Below, piece after piece: positions 1-10,665 of a stretch of DNA of 64,000 nt. Numbering within the stretch: the stretch's first letter is position 1; each line of letters starts with the position of its first letter. Position numbers and translations under genes: made by a program. Source of the stretch: Promethearchaeota archaeon (lineage in GTDB: Archaea; Asgardarchaeota; Lokiarchaeia; Sigyniarchaeales; SOKP01); contig JBHLNF010000010.1 of assembly GCA_048937405.1 (NCBI GenBank), positions 21,338-85,337 on the forward strand. The letters run 5' to 3'. Under the pieces are notes generated by a model. That model was not told the origin of the DNA, did not search any database, and worked only from the letters and a program-made list of their open reading frames with translations.

Positions 1-850
1 AAAATTGAACTTAATGGAGAGCCCCATATTCTTACAATCATTAATGACATTACTCAGAGAAGACTGGCAGAAATAAAGTTAAAGGAGTCCGAAGAAAAAT
101 TTTCTAAAGCATTCAATTCTAACGCATTAGCAATGTGTATAACTACATTTGAGGAAAGTCTATTAATTGAAGCAAACAAAGCCTTTTTAGATGTTATAGA
201 CATTTCTAGAGAAGAATATATTGGCAAAAGAACAACTGCATTTAATTCATGGAGTCCTGTTCCAAAACGAAGAGATTTAATGCTAAAACAATTAAAGGAT
301 GAAGGAATTATAGTTAATGTTGAAAGCGAGTTTGTATCATTTACAGGTGAAACTAAATATGGTTTATTTTCTTTTGTTAAAATTGAACTTAATGAAAAAT
401 CCCATATTCTTACTATTATAAATGATATTACGCCATTGAAACTAGCTGAACAAAAACTAAAAGAATCAGAAGTAAAATTTTCTAAAGCATTTAATTCTAA
501 TGCATTAGCAATGAGTATAACTACTTTTGAAGAAGGTATAGTAATTGAAGCAAACAAAGCCTTTCTGGAGATTCTAGACTTTACTACGGATGATTATATT
601 GGTAAATCAATAGAAGAATTACAGGGATGGAGCCTTCAACCAAAACGAAGAGGTTTAATGCTAAAACAATTAAAGGAAGAAGGAATTATAGTTAATGCTG
701 AAAGCGAGTTTGTATCATTTAAAGGAGAACCTAAATATGGGTTATTTTCTTTTGTTAAAATTGAACTTAATGAAGAACCTCATATTCTTACTATTATAAA
801 TGATATTACACCATTGAAACTAGCGGAACAGAAATTAAAACAATCAGAAA
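1..850 (+). repeat. Tandem intragenic PAS-domain repeats, period 378 bp
   Basis: aaaattgaacttaatg recurs at about 1, 379 and 757, and the units are highly similar at DNA level. Confidence 0.9.
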
Positions 851-1968
851 AACATTATCGGTTAATTTCGGAAGCTTCTCGGGCAGTTATGTGGACTTCA
901 GACTTGAATATAAATCTAACTTATGTTGATCCTATTGTTCTTAATATTTTTGGAGCTACTTCTGAAGAAGTAATAGCTCTGCCTCTTTCTTCATATCTAA
1001 CACCAGAATCTTTAGAGACAACATACAGAGTCATGGAGGAAGAATTAAGAATTGAAATGAGTAAAACTAAAGATTTAAACCGATCATGGACATATGAAAC
1101 AATTCAAATTCACAAAAACGGAACTAAAATTCCTGTTGAAAATATTCTCACATTTCTTCGTGATGATGATGAAAAAGCTATTGGGATATTAGGAATTTCA
1201 AGAGATATCTCTGAACGGAAAAAGACAGAAAATCAATTAAAAGAATCGGAGAAGAAATATCGAGAAGCTTATGATATGGCAAATTTCTATAAAGATCTAT
1301 TTACGCATGATATGAATAACATTCTGCATATTATAGGTTCTTCCGTAGAAATTATTGATCTACAACTAGGGGAATCTGAGAAGTCAGTATTTATTGAAAA
1401 TATGACAAAAATGATTCATAGTCAAGTGGATCGGGGTGCGAAATTAATTTCTGATGTCAGAACTCTAACTGAACTTGATGATGCTGAAATTCCCATTAAT
1501 CGAGTAAATATTACCGAATTTTTAAAAAAATCAATAAATTTCATTGAAAAGTCTTATAGTGAAAAAAATTTGTCTATTTTTGCTAAAAAACTTGATAGAG
1601 ATTATTATACTAATGGTAATGATCTCCTTCAAGATGTTTTTGATAATATATTGAGAAATGGAATAAAACATAATGAAAATTCTGATATTCAAATATCAAT
1701 CAAAATTTTCAAGCAAAAAATAAAAGGAAAAAAATATATTAAATTAGAATTTATTGATAATGGAATTGGAATTCCTGAAGATAGAAAAATTGATATATTT
1801 CAACCAAGTAATAGAGAACGCAAAGGATCCAAGGGAATGGGGATAGGTCTTTCTTTAGTTAAAAAAATACTTACTATTTTTAAGGGAAAGATTTGGGTAG
1901 AGGATAAAATTGAAGGGGATTATACTCAAGGTAGTAAATTTATTGTGCTATTACCTGAAGTAGATTAG
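1..1968 (+). CDS. Multi-PAS sensor histidine kinase (5'-truncated by window edge)
   Basis: Frame is open from base 1. Repeated PAS/PAC units (HILTIINDITP), H-box FTHDMNN, N-box NILRNGIKH, G-boxes DNGIGI and GMGIGL. Confidence 0.93.
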   Translation, partial: KIELNGEPHILTIINDITQRRLAEIKLKESEEKFSKAFNSNALAMCITTFEESLLIEANKAFLDVIDISREEYIGKRTTAFNSWSPVPKRRDLMLKQLKDEGIIVNVESEFVSFTGETKYGLFSFVKIELNEKSHILTIINDITPLKLAEQKLKESEVKFSKAFNSNALAMSITTFEEGIVIEANKAFLEILDFTTDDYIGKSIEELQGWSLQPKRRGLMLKQLKEEGIIVNAESEFVSFKGEPKYGLFSFVKIELNEEPHILTIINDITPLKLAEQKLKQSEKHYRLISEASRAVMWTSDLNINLTYVDPIVLNIFGATSEEVIALPLSSYLTPESLETTYRVMEEELRIEMSKTKDLNRSWTYETIQIHKNGTKIPVENILTFLRDDDEKAIGILGISRDISERKKTENQLKESEKKYREAYDMANFYKDLFTHDMNNILHIIGSSVEIIDLQLGESEKSVFIENMTKMIHSQVDRGAKLISDVRTLTELDDAEIPINRVNITEFLKKSINFIEKSYSEKNLSIFAKKLDRDYYTNGNDLLQDVFDNILRNGIKHNENSDIQISIKIFKQKIKGKKYIKLEFIDNGIGIPEDRKIDIFQPSNRERKGSKGMGIGLSLVKKILTIFKGKIWVEDKIEGDYTQGSKFIVLLPEVD

Positions 1969-2069
1969 TTAAACAAATTTAGTAAAAAGAAAATTAATAT
2001 TTGTTTTTTAATAATTCATTTTCTCTAAACATTCCCTAATTTGTTAGATTTCAGGCAATCTTCTTAATT

Positions 2070-3152
2070 CTATTCAAATAAATTCTGAATAAAATCCCCG
2101 ATTTTACTAATTGCTTCATTCGCTTCAGGTAAATCATGAAAGCCAAAACCCTGAAAAACATGTATAGTATCATTCCATTCTTGTAAAGTTACATCCACAC
2201 CAGCGGTCTTAGCTCGTTCTACTAAGCGTGTTGAATGGTCATATAACATTTCACTCGTACTTACTTGTATTAAAATTGGAGGTAATCCACTTAAATTTGC
2301 ATTTACAGGTGATAATAATGGATTATTTGGATCAGCTCCGGCAAGATAGCTTGTCGTCCACCAAAAAATCCCAATATCTGCTAGAATTGGATCTGTTTTT
2401 GCATTCTCATAAATAGTTTTACTGCCATCTGTAAAATCTGTTAGCGGTGATAATGCTACTGCACCAATGGGCAACTCAATTCCTTCATCATGTAGTTTAA
2501 TTAAAGTTGTTATTGTTAAAAAGCCTCCAGCAGAATCACCTGCAATTACTATATTTTTTGCTTTAAAGCCCTGTGATAAAAGCCAATTATAAGCAGCAAC
2601 ACAATCCTCTAATGATGCGGGATACGGATGCTCTGGTGCAAGACGATAATCAACACTTAATATCCGCATTTTTGTAAGTTGTGCAATTTCGATTGTCAAT
2701 TCTCTATGAGTTTTTGGTGACATTATTACCATACCACCACCATGAAAATATAAAATCACTTTATCAGCATCTGCTCCAAGCACTATTTGCCATTCTGCAG
2801 GAACACCTCCAGCATTTATTTCCTCTATTTTTACATCTTCCGGAAGTGGATGTTGTTTTAATTGTTCTTCTATACTATAATTTACAACAAAACGTAAGAA
2901 TTTTGCGACTTTAAGCAATTCCTCATCACTAAAGACTCCATAAAAATCATCTAAAGTCCCTTCCTTGCTTGATAACATTTGAAAATATTTCTCGTTGTAT
3001 TCTGCTGTTTTTTGCATATAAGCTTGGAGATTAAATCCTTTACTTTCCTCAGTTTTAAGAAATTCTAATGCTCCTTTTATTTGAAGTTTCTGGCTCTCAT
3101 CTATTAATTTAAGAACATCAGGTCTAAGTTTTGATCTTTCTAATATTGGCAT
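2070..3152 (-). CDS. HSL-family alpha/beta hydrolase (esterase/lipase)
   Basis: HGGG oxyanion motif, DYRLAPEHPYPA, GDSAGG nucleophile, HVF catalytic His. About 100-aa N-terminal extension. Confidence 0.93.
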   Translation of the reverse strand: MPILERSKLRPDVLKLIDESQKLQIKGALEFLKTEESKGFNLQAYMQKTAEYNEKYFQMLSSKEGTLDDFYGVFSDEELLKVAKFLRFVVNYSIEEQLKQHPLPEDVKIEEINAGGVPAEWQIVLGADADKVILYFHGGGMVIMSPKTHRELTIEIAQLTKMRILSVDYRLAPEHPYPASLEDCVAAYNWLLSQGFKAKNIVIAGDSAGGFLTITTLIKLHDEGIELPIGAVALSPLTDFTDGSKTIYENAKTDPILADIGIFWWTTSYLAGADPNNPLLSPVNANLSGLPPILIQVSTSEMLYDHSTRLVERAKTAGVDVTLQEWNDTIHVFQGFGFHDLPEANEAISKIGDFIQNLFE

Positions 3153-3309
3153 GTTTCTCTCTCTGAATAACTAGATTTAAAATTTAAGTCAATTAATCTT
3201 AATATTACTTTTAATTTTGTTTTTAGAAAAATCTTTTTATTTTTTTAAATTGTCGAATTAAAATTCATTGAATTTAAGGCAATTTTAGTTTTGAAAAAGT
3301 ACTTTTGTT

Positions 3310-3975
3310 TTACTTAATCACTTCAAATTGAAGTTCTGTACCATTTTTATCAAAACACTTAATATTGTTTAAACTATAAGGAAATCCTACAATAAAATGA
3401 AATCTGTTTCCTTTAAATACACTATTTAAATCTTGTAAAGAAGGGAATACATTTCCAGATGGATGGGAATGAATCGTTCCTTGATAATCTCGATTTATAG
3501 GGATTCTACTAGGAAAAAAAACTCCTGAATTTCTTGAAGTAATTGCACCTGGGGGTAGTATAAATTCTGTAAATACAAATCTCTCCATTTTAAGGATTCC
3601 TACAAATTCTTTTGGATGGTGTGCTTTACATAGTGCTAAAAAACCAGTTAATAAATCCTTTTTTATTTTGACTGTATTTGATTGTAGATTTTCTAAAATA
3701 AATTTAATTTCATTGATAACCTCTAAAATAGATTTAGTTTCCATTATTTTCCAATCTTTTAAGGAGATGATCTCATTATTTAAATTTTTATAAACTTTTC
3801 CAGATTTGTTAATTAGCTTAATTTTTGGTTTTTTAGGATATTTGGAATATTCTATTTCTACTATAATTCCCTTAATTAAATCAATTTTTATATGTGAAAT
3901 TTTATTATCAATAGTTTCACAATTAGGAAAATGCTCTATAATATTTTGATATTGTATCTCAATCTCTTTAAGCAT
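3310..3975 (-). CDS. JAB/MPN+ (JAMM) metalloisopeptidase with N-terminal UBC/RWD/UEV-like domain
   Basis: C-terminal E...HSHPSG..PS.QD JAMM motif is intact. N-terminal YPKKPKIKL resembles the YPxxP motif of the E2/RWD fold (inferred). Confidence 0.85.
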   Translation of the reverse strand: MLKEIEIQYQNIIEHFPNCETIDNKISHIKIDLIKGIIVEIEYSKYPKKPKIKLINKSGKVYKNLNNEIISLKDWKIMETKSILEVINEIKFILENLQSNTVKIKKDLLTGFLALCKAHHPKEFVGILKMERFVFTEFILPPGAITSRNSGVFFPSRIPINRDYQGTIHSHPSGNVFPSLQDLNSVFKGNRFHFIVGFPYSLNNIKCFDKNGTELQFEVIK

Positions 3976-4167
3976 TATTTAAATATAATTTTGATTTTAA
4001 AAGAATGTTATTTATTTTGGAAATAATTTGCTATTTTTTTTTTAACATGAATTTGATTTTGATCAAAAAAGATTTAATAAAGTAAAAACAAAATTGAGAT
4101 ATTCTATTTTAATCAGGCAAATTCTAAACTAAAGAAAAAAAAAGATGAAAAATTAATTATAAATATT

Positions 4168-4380
4168 TTATACTATTTTCATTGCCAAGTCCATGTCCTC
4201 AAGTGTAAGTTTCTTTCTTCCAGCGTGTCGAGTCATTTCAAGAGCCTTATTTGTCATACCTTTAGCTAGCTTTTCTAAATAATCAATTAAGGCATCTACA
4301 GCATCTCGAGCCACCATTTCAGCCCCGTTGTCTTTCATTAATTTACGAACAGGAGACCAAGCAAAAACCTTTTTAGCCAT
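4168..4380 (-). CDS. Archaeal histone (HMf-like)
   Basis: 70 aa with P-V-R-K-L, ARDAV and HAGRKKL..ED histone-fold motifs. GGAGG SD upstream. Confidence 0.93.
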   Translation of the reverse strand: MAKKVFAWSPVRKLMKDNGAEMVARDAVDALIDYLEKLAKGMTNKALEMTRHAGRKKLTLEDMDLAMKIV

Positions 4381-4689
4381 ATTATTATTCCTCCACTTAT
4401 TATTATTTGTAATAATTTAGTAAAGTCCATAAATTTTAGTATGAACTTTATTATATTATATTACTTCTTTCAAATATTTAAAAGTTGCGTAAAACTTTCG
4501 ATATAGTATGTTTCGGTTAATAAAATTATCCGATTAACAAGATCACGATGTTTGAGAAGAACGCTTGAGGATATTGTTCCGAGTTATTAGATCTGAGATC
4601 TTTTCTATTTATAAAATCAGTAATCGAAGAATATCATATAGTTATAAATCTTATCCAATTTAATGAATTAGAATATCTTCATATTTTTA

Positions 4690-5265
4690 TTAAAACTCTT
4701 TATGCATTACATAATAATTCTTTAATTCTTTATATATAGAAAATCCTTGAGATTTATATAATGAAAGTGGTCCATGATAGCTATAAGCATCTGATAAGTC
4801 CCCCTCTTTCCGAGGGTAAGCTTCGATTAAATCATATCCATTATTTTGAGATAATGAACATGCAACTTTCAACAATTTTTTTGCAATTCCTTGTCTTCTA
4901 TGAGAAGGTGCAACAACAAAGCATACAATGGAAGCAATCTTAGCTTTTGAACCTTCTTCATAAGGAATTTTAGCAAAATTCTCTTTAGAATTAACATTAC
5001 ACCATCCAACTGGTTTATTATATAGATATGCTAGTAAACCATTCATCTTTTTTGCCAGAATTAATTCCATTGAAGCATTTCTATTCTGTTCATTGGATCT
5101 TTCACTCCATTCTTTAATGTTTCCTGAAAAGTGGTAAAAATGACAATAACAGCCCGCCCAATCAGGATTATCAGTAAATCCAACATTATCAAAAAAGTAA
5201 AAAAAATCTTCAATATTTTCAGGGGTTAAAGGCTTGATATTGACTTCCATGTTTATATCTTTCAT
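4690..5265 (-). CDS. GNAT-family N-acetyltransferase
   Basis: Motif A (HRRQGIA), EAYP, YHGPLSLY..GF, N-terminal WAGCYC. Confidence 0.9.
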   Translation of the reverse strand: MKDINMEVNIKPLTPENIEDFFYFFDNVGFTDNPDWAGCYCHFYHFSGNIKEWSERSNEQNRNASMELILAKKMNGLLAYLYNKPVGWCNVNSKENFAKIPYEEGSKAKIASIVCFVVAPSHRRQGIAKKLLKVACSLSQNNGYDLIEAYPRKEGDLSDAYSYHGPLSLYKSQGFSIYKELKNYYVMHKEF

Positions 5266-5289
5266 GCGGAAATAATTTAGATTGATAAT

Positions 5290-6849
5290 TTAATATTTAT
5301 TATCTATAGCAGACAGGAATATTTTCAATTGATCGAATATATCTAAACGATAATCAGTACTAATTCTGAAGAAAAAGAGGTCAATACTTTTTTTAGTGAG
5401 ATATTCATCTACATTTAATTGTTCAATTATTTTTGACCAGTTACTACTTTCAGATGCTCTAATCCCCACAAAAATAACTAAATTTTCTTTTCCATTTTCG
5501 ATTATTTTAATAAGAATGTCTTTCCAACTGGTGTCAATTTGTGTGTTACCACGTGTATCAAAAATGCAAAATACACCATCTGTGCTGGAGATATCGTCAA
5601 TAGCAGAATATTCATGCTGTTTTATAATCATTCCATTAGTGTATTGAAAAACTTCTTCATCTTCATAATCTCTTATTAATGATTTTTCTCCTAAATCTTT
5701 AATACTAGTTATAATTTGTAATCCTGGACTCCATTGTGAACTTTCATTTACGAATGACAAAGTTAGGACAATCTTTTTTTTAAGAATAGAGTTAATAAGT
5801 TCTAGTAATATTTCGCTTCGTCGAGAATCTTCAATTTGTTTACTTCTCATAACATAGTGATAAGAGATTAGATTGAAAGCGTCCTTAACATTGCTTCCTG
5901 TCAATGCACTTGTCTCAATATATGATATCTTAATTTTTTCGTTTTCTGACAATGTATTAGCTAGTTTAGCACCATCTTGATATAACACTCTTCTTTCCTC
6001 AGTCAAATCAGATTTGTTTCCAACAATTATTATTGGAATGTTCTCTTTAGGTATAAATAATTTTAATTCATCATACCACACCTTTACATTCTCAAGTGAT
6101 TCACGTTTAGTTAGATCAAAAACAATAAAAGCTGCTTGGGCACCTAAATAGTAAACTTTACGAAATCTCTTAAAATATTTTTGAGCACCTAGATCATATA
6201 AATTTACTCCAATTTTATTTCCATAATATTCATATTCATGAAATACAATATTAATACCAAGAGTTGCTCTATAATCAAGAGAAAATCTATTTTCAACAAA
6301 TCTACGAATTATTGAGGTTTTTCCCACTTCATGATCGCCTAAAATTACAAATTTAAATCTATAATCACCCTTAGTACTGAAAGGCATCTGATATAACTGA
6401 TTTTTTAATCTCTCAACATTGTTTGCTTCATATTCAAAATTTGGTACATCAATTTGGATCAAAGCACCTTCATCAATAGTAAGAATTTGAGCCGTTTTTT
6501 CTGCTAAAAAAAATCCATATGGAGAAATTTTTTCAATTGAGGCCATACTATCTAAGACTAAACTCAGTATTCTTTCTTCATCAACAGATATGAATAAAAG
6601 ACGATGATCCTCTGTATCAAAACTTGCATTTCCAAATTTTTGAAATTCAAACTCGTTTCGCATTCTTTCTAAAATAGGATTAATTATTGTTGTTAAAACT
6701 GAAACAAGTTCAATATCTATATCTTTTCTTTTTTCTCCTGCAATTACTAATCCTTCAGAATCAGAAATAATTACCGATTCTACTTCTCCATTAGCTTTTA
6801 AGAACTGATTGAATAGTTCTTTAAAGAGTTTATTTTTTTGTATAGGCAT
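5290..6849 (-). CDS. Roadblock/LC7 + Rab-like small GTPase + C-terminal degenerate GTPase-like domain (paralog A)
   Basis: Roadblock pattern VIISDSEGLVIA; G1 GDHEVGKT, G2 T, G3 DLGAQ, G4 NKSD, G5 ETSA. ATG 6849 follows GGAGTGA (ORF track starts at GTG 6858). Confidence 0.9.
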   Translation of the reverse strand: MPIQKNKLFKELFNQFLKANGEVESVIISDSEGLVIAGEKRKDIDIELVSVLTTIINPILERMRNEFEFQKFGNASFDTEDHRLLFISVDEERILSLVLDSMASIEKISPYGFFLAEKTAQILTIDEGALIQIDVPNFEYEANNVERLKNQLYQMPFSTKGDYRFKFVILGDHEVGKTSIIRRFVENRFSLDYRATLGINIVFHEYEYYGNKIGVNLYDLGAQKYFKRFRKVYYLGAQAAFIVFDLTKRESLENVKVWYDELKLFIPKENIPIIIVGNKSDLTEERRVLYQDGAKLANTLSENEKIKISYIETSALTGSNVKDAFNLISYHYVMRSKQIEDSRRSEILLELINSILKKKIVLTLSFVNESSQWSPGLQIITSIKDLGEKSLIRDYEDEEVFQYTNGMIIKQHEYSAIDDISSTDGVFCIFDTRGNTQIDTSWKDILIKIIENGKENLVIFVGIRASESSNWSKIIEQLNVDEYLTKKSIDLFFFRISTDYRLDIFDQLKIFLSAIDNKY

Positions 6850-7016
6850 ATTTTTCACTCCAATAATAGATTTTTATTTTATAATCAAATCCTTACCAAT
6901 ATTATATTATTATGAGTTTTTTATTATTATTGATTATATAATGTAAATTATTTACCTTTAAAGATTTCATTTCTAAGAAAATTTTTCAAATTGACCATAA
7001 AGACAATCAACAGAAG

Positions 7017-7043
7017 TTTGTAACTAATGTTATTTGTTACAAA
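7017..7043. promoter_or_regulatory. Inverted repeat, candidate operator upstream of the GNAT/radical SAM operon
   Basis: TTTGTAACtAAT-gtt-ATTtGTTACAAA: 12-bp arms with one mismatch. TATA-like TTTAAATA at about 7107-7114, before ATG 7142. Confidence 0.4.
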
Positions 7044-7141
7044 ATAGTATACAAAGTTATCAATATGAGAATTCAAAATATATTATTAAACCAATAGGGT
7101 GCAACCTTTAAATATAAGATATGCATATTCTATAAAATATC

Positions 7142-8125
7142 ATGATATCCAATTTTTTAAAGTATAATTTATTAAATGAGTTAGATATTCGGGAAATTGA
7201 AAAAAAGGATTTAGATCAGGTTATTCAACTCATAAAAAAAGTCTACCAAAGCAACTACGACAAAAAATATTATGATAAGCGTTATCTTGAAAAATACATC
7301 AGTACAGTTAAAAAGAAAGCGATAACTTTCTGGAAGGGGGCATTTTTTCAAGAACGACTGATAGCTCAAATGGTGTTCATAATTAAAAATGGAGTGGGAA
7401 AACTTAAGTTTACAATGGTAGATCCCGAATTTAAATCTAAAGGTGTGATTTCATATTTAGGATTTAATATGAATAAGGTTTTGCAACTTCCATTTGTAAA
7501 ACGTTCGAATTTACATATGATCTATGCTTATGTGGAGAATGATAATATTCCAATGATTAAAGTTTTAGAAGAATATGATTTTAAATTATTTGGTCGAACT
7601 CCCAATTATAATAAAAAATCTTTTTATAAAATATATGGAAGAGTTATAAATATAAAAAGGTGGAAATATATAACACCTTATTTTAGTGTAAGTAGATTTA
7701 TCCAAAATATTAATATAAAATACAATTTGCAGAGATTATTATGTGTTTTTATACCATCATTTTCAACTCCTTTTACAAAACTAGATCTTGATATTGAAAT
7801 CGTTGATCAGAAGAAAATATTATTTTTAGTAGAAGGGATAAAATATGGAAAGATATATCAGGATAATCATTCTTGGCATGATTTCAAATTTATTAACAAT
7901 CCTTCTAGAGATATAAAATTCTCTATATTGGTAAAACTTATTGAGGAATTTAAAAAAAATGAAAAAATTTATTCAATTTCATTGTTCATAGATGTGAATG
8001 ATCTTAATTCTCAGGAATATCTATTGAAAAAAGGATGCAAATTTTTTGCTTATTTACCATATTATCATGAAGATGATATTATTTTAATAGGAAAAACAAA
8101 AACAAGAGATGATAATAATGAATAA
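7142..8125 (+). CDS. GNAT-fold protein, probably two GNAT-like domains
   Basis: IREIEKKDL start, MVDPEFKSKGV (motif A-like), N.PM..VLEEYDF (motif B-like). A second degenerate unit ends in SQEYLLKKGCKF. Confidence 0.7.
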   Translation: MISNFLKYNLLNELDIREIEKKDLDQVIQLIKKVYQSNYDKKYYDKRYLEKYISTVKKKAITFWKGAFFQERLIAQMVFIIKNGVGKLKFTMVDPEFKSKGVISYLGFNMNKVLQLPFVKRSNLHMIYAYVENDNIPMIKVLEEYDFKLFGRTPNYNKKSFYKIYGRVINIKRWKYITPYFSVSRFIQNINIKYNLQRLLCVFIPSFSTPFTKLDLDIEIVDQKKILFLVEGIKYGKIYQDNHSWHDFKFINNPSRDIKFSILVKLIEEFKKNEKIYSISLFIDVNDLNSQEYLLKKGCKFFAYLPYYHEDDIILIGKTKTRDDNNE

Positions 8126-9635
8126 AGTAAAAATAGCTTTCTTAAAAACCATAAAATTTGATGATAGATCAACTGAACATATGGCGTTAGAAGTTCTTGA
8201 CGATCCGAAATACGATGATTGCAAATATGTTGATAAAAATGAAATTGAAAAAGCATTTGATGAATATGGATATAAACTAAATCCTTTTAATGCTAATACT
8301 TACAGTTCAATTATGTTAAGCCCTAATATTGAAGGTTATTTCCTTAAAAACAATTTGCCTGAAATAGAATCACTTGTATTTGATGACGTATGTGATGAAG
8401 AATATCTTAAAAAAGTGATGGATAAACATCCAGATATTTCACATTTTGCACTATCTACATATGCTATGGGAATGGATAATACCATTAAGGTAATAAAAAC
8501 AATGAAGACAGAATATCCCGATGTTCAAATAATAATTGGGGGAATTGGTGTATTATATCCTCATTTAAAAAAGTATGTAGATGAAAAAAACATATGTTAC
8601 GGAAATGGAGTAAATTGGTTAAGAAACTATTTTAAATTAAAACCTTATAAAAAGGGAGAATATAACATCTCTATTATACCTTCTAAAAAAGGTGTATACA
8701 ACATCAAAACTGTTTATCTAGTGACTCAAATAGGATGTCCTGGTAATTGTGATTTTTGTATAACCAATACATTTCTCAATTATACTCCTCTTTCCAATAG
8801 TTCAAAAAAGATAATTGATTCTCTTGAAAAAATAAAAAATGAATCTAATAAAGATATTTTCTTATTCCTCTGTGATCCTAATGCTTTATATCCTACTAAT
8901 GTATGGAAAGAAGTATTTGAATATTTTATAACACATAATCAAGGTAATTATATTTATCTACTCTGTCTTATCACTCTAAATCATTTACAATCATTTGATT
9001 TGGAACGAATTCAGCAGAAAAGTTCCCTAAAATTATTTATGGTAAATTTTGGGATAGAATCTGTTCTACAAGGCGGTTATGAAAAGAATAAAAATATCCA
9101 GAACACTTATATAAAAGAACTTAATAATCTTGGAATATCTACTTTTCATAATTTTATATTAGGATTACCTTATCATACTGAAAAATTAATTGATTTAGAA
9201 ATCAAGAGAAATTTTGAATTTGATTCTGTATGGTTTTCAGTAAATACTTTAAAACCTCTTCCTACTACAAAAATATATAGTGATTTAAAAAAAGAAAATA
9301 GAATTTTTGGAGATGATCTACCTCCTGAATTTTTATATAGAGAAGGGTTTTTTCCATTTAAACACAAATACTTAGGATCTGGATATTCGGCTTTAAAATA
9401 TGCATTTAAAGCTTATTATGAATGTGAGAAAAAAAGTATAGATTCATATGGTCGGTTTATCGAAACACTCTCAAAAATACCATTTTCAGAATCCTCAAAT
9501 TTCATCAGAGATCTTACTATCACTTTTAAAGATCTTAGTAGAAAAAACTTTGAGTTGACTAAATTAAGAATGCCTTCTAGTTTCATCAAAAAGTATGAAG
9601 AAAATTATATGAGAACATTTTCATCTAAAATCTAA
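8109..9635 (+). CDS. B12-binding-domain radical SAM protein
   Basis: CxxxCxxC (GCPGNCDFC), N-terminal cobalamin-binding-like region (ALS...IIIGG), FGIES, FILGLP. Overlaps the upstream GNAT stop; alternative start ATG 8118. Confidence 0.88.
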   Translation: MIIMNKVKIAFLKTIKFDDRSTEHMALEVLDDPKYDDCKYVDKNEIEKAFDEYGYKLNPFNANTYSSIMLSPNIEGYFLKNNLPEIESLVFDDVCDEEYLKKVMDKHPDISHFALSTYAMGMDNTIKVIKTMKTEYPDVQIIIGGIGVLYPHLKKYVDEKNICYGNGVNWLRNYFKLKPYKKGEYNISIIPSKKGVYNIKTVYLVTQIGCPGNCDFCITNTFLNYTPLSNSSKKIIDSLEKIKNESNKDIFLFLCDPNALYPTNVWKEVFEYFITHNQGNYIYLLCLITLNHLQSFDLERIQQKSSLKLFMVNFGIESVLQGGYEKNKNIQNTYIKELNNLGISTFHNFILGLPYHTEKLIDLEIKRNFEFDSVWFSVNTLKPLPTTKIYSDLKKENRIFGDDLPPEFLYREGFFPFKHKYLGSGYSALKYAFKAYYECEKKSIDSYGRFIETLSKIPFSESSNFIRDLTITFKDLSRKNFELTKLRMPSSFIKKYEENYMRTFSSKI

Positions 9636-9648
9636 ATTAAAATAAATC

Positions 9649-10665
9649 TTAGAGAATGTCACATTTTTCTAAAACATATTTTAGTAATTTAGATTCAATT
9701 CTATTTTCTGAAATTAAACAAGAATAGGATGGTTTTCCTTCGAAATCATTCTCTAATTCAATCCAACTAAATTTATCTAATAATTTAAAAACATCATCTT
9801 TAAATTTCTCTTTTGAATATATCGAAAGCTCTTTCAAGATATTATTTATAATTTTTTTTCCCTTTTCAAAATCCTTAAATGATATAATTGAATCATTGAT
9901 TTGTGACATTCTTATCCAAAGATGTGTTTTTAAATCGTTTACTATATAATGTAAATTTAATATTTTCTCTAAATTTTTATCAATAAGTGCTCTCCTATTT
10001 TCTAAAGATATGGAATGATCATCCATTAAAGAAGTTCTTCTCATCATTAATTTAACATACCTAGGAGAATATAGAAAAGAAGACAATTCAAACCCTAAAA
10101 TCCCTGCTAATGCAATTATTCCTTTCATCTGTTCAAAATGAATATTTTCATGAGTTCCAGCATATGTTATAATATATTCTTTCCCAAAAATATCAATTTT
10201 AAATTCTTTAGTCAAGTTGTTTGAAAGCATAAATTTATTCATATTTTTAAAAAATCCAATTAATTTATCATCATCTAATCTTCCCCCTCCTAAGATAAAA
10301 TCAGCATATCTCATTAAGAGTGAATATAGTTCTTTAGAAAAAGGCAAATATCTGTTCAATTTAATATTATCTTCTTGAGTAAGTGTGATTTGTATATGCG
10401 AATTCTTCCTAATAAGTTCTTTAATATCTGCTGTATTAATTATTCCCTGAATTTCTTTAAGATTCTTTCCATTTTCATAATTATTAATAATAAAATCTAA
10501 AATTTCTCTAATAAATTCAGAAAGGTTTACTTTTCTTTGTTTTCTATTGTTATTTCTATTAATAGAAGATACTATCTTTTCAAGTTTATATCTTTGAAAT
10601 GGAGATATTGCCATATTTAACCTTGCTGTCAATTTTTTTGATAAAAATTCTTCTTTTGTTTTCAT
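9649..10665 (-). CDS. Putative regulator with N-terminal ribbon-helix-helix domain
   Basis: RLNMAIS...KLEKIV...NLSEFIREIL fits the CopG/MetJ-type RHH pattern. C-terminal region unassigned. Confidence 0.6.
   Translation of the reverse strand: MKTKEEFLSKKLTARLNMAISPFQRYKLEKIVSSINRNNNRKQRKVNLSEFIREILDFIINNYENGKNLKEIQGIINTADIKELIRKNSHIQITLTQEDNIKLNRYLPFSKELYSLLMRYADFILGGGRLDDDKLIGFFKNMNKFMLSNNLTKEFKIDIFGKEYIITYAGTHENIHFEQMKGIIALAGILGFELSSFLYSPRYVKLMMRRTSLMDDHSISLENRRALIDKNLEKILNLHYIVNDLKTHLWIRMSQINDSIISFKDFEKGKKIINNILKELSIYSKEKFKDDVFKLLDKFSWIELENDFEGKPSYSCLISENRIESKLLKYVLEKCDIL

Noticed and set aside
4690-5265. GNAT beside the histone as a histone acetyltransferase
   Set aside because: It resembles a widespread prokaryotic GNAT type, a 310-bp gap separates the genes, and the histone has only a MAKK tail. 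Adjacency alone is insufficient.
7142-9635. Split Elp3 or AblAB pathway
   Set aside because: The radical SAM has a B12-binding-like N-terminus and lacks recognisable Elp3 or lysine aminomutase motifs.
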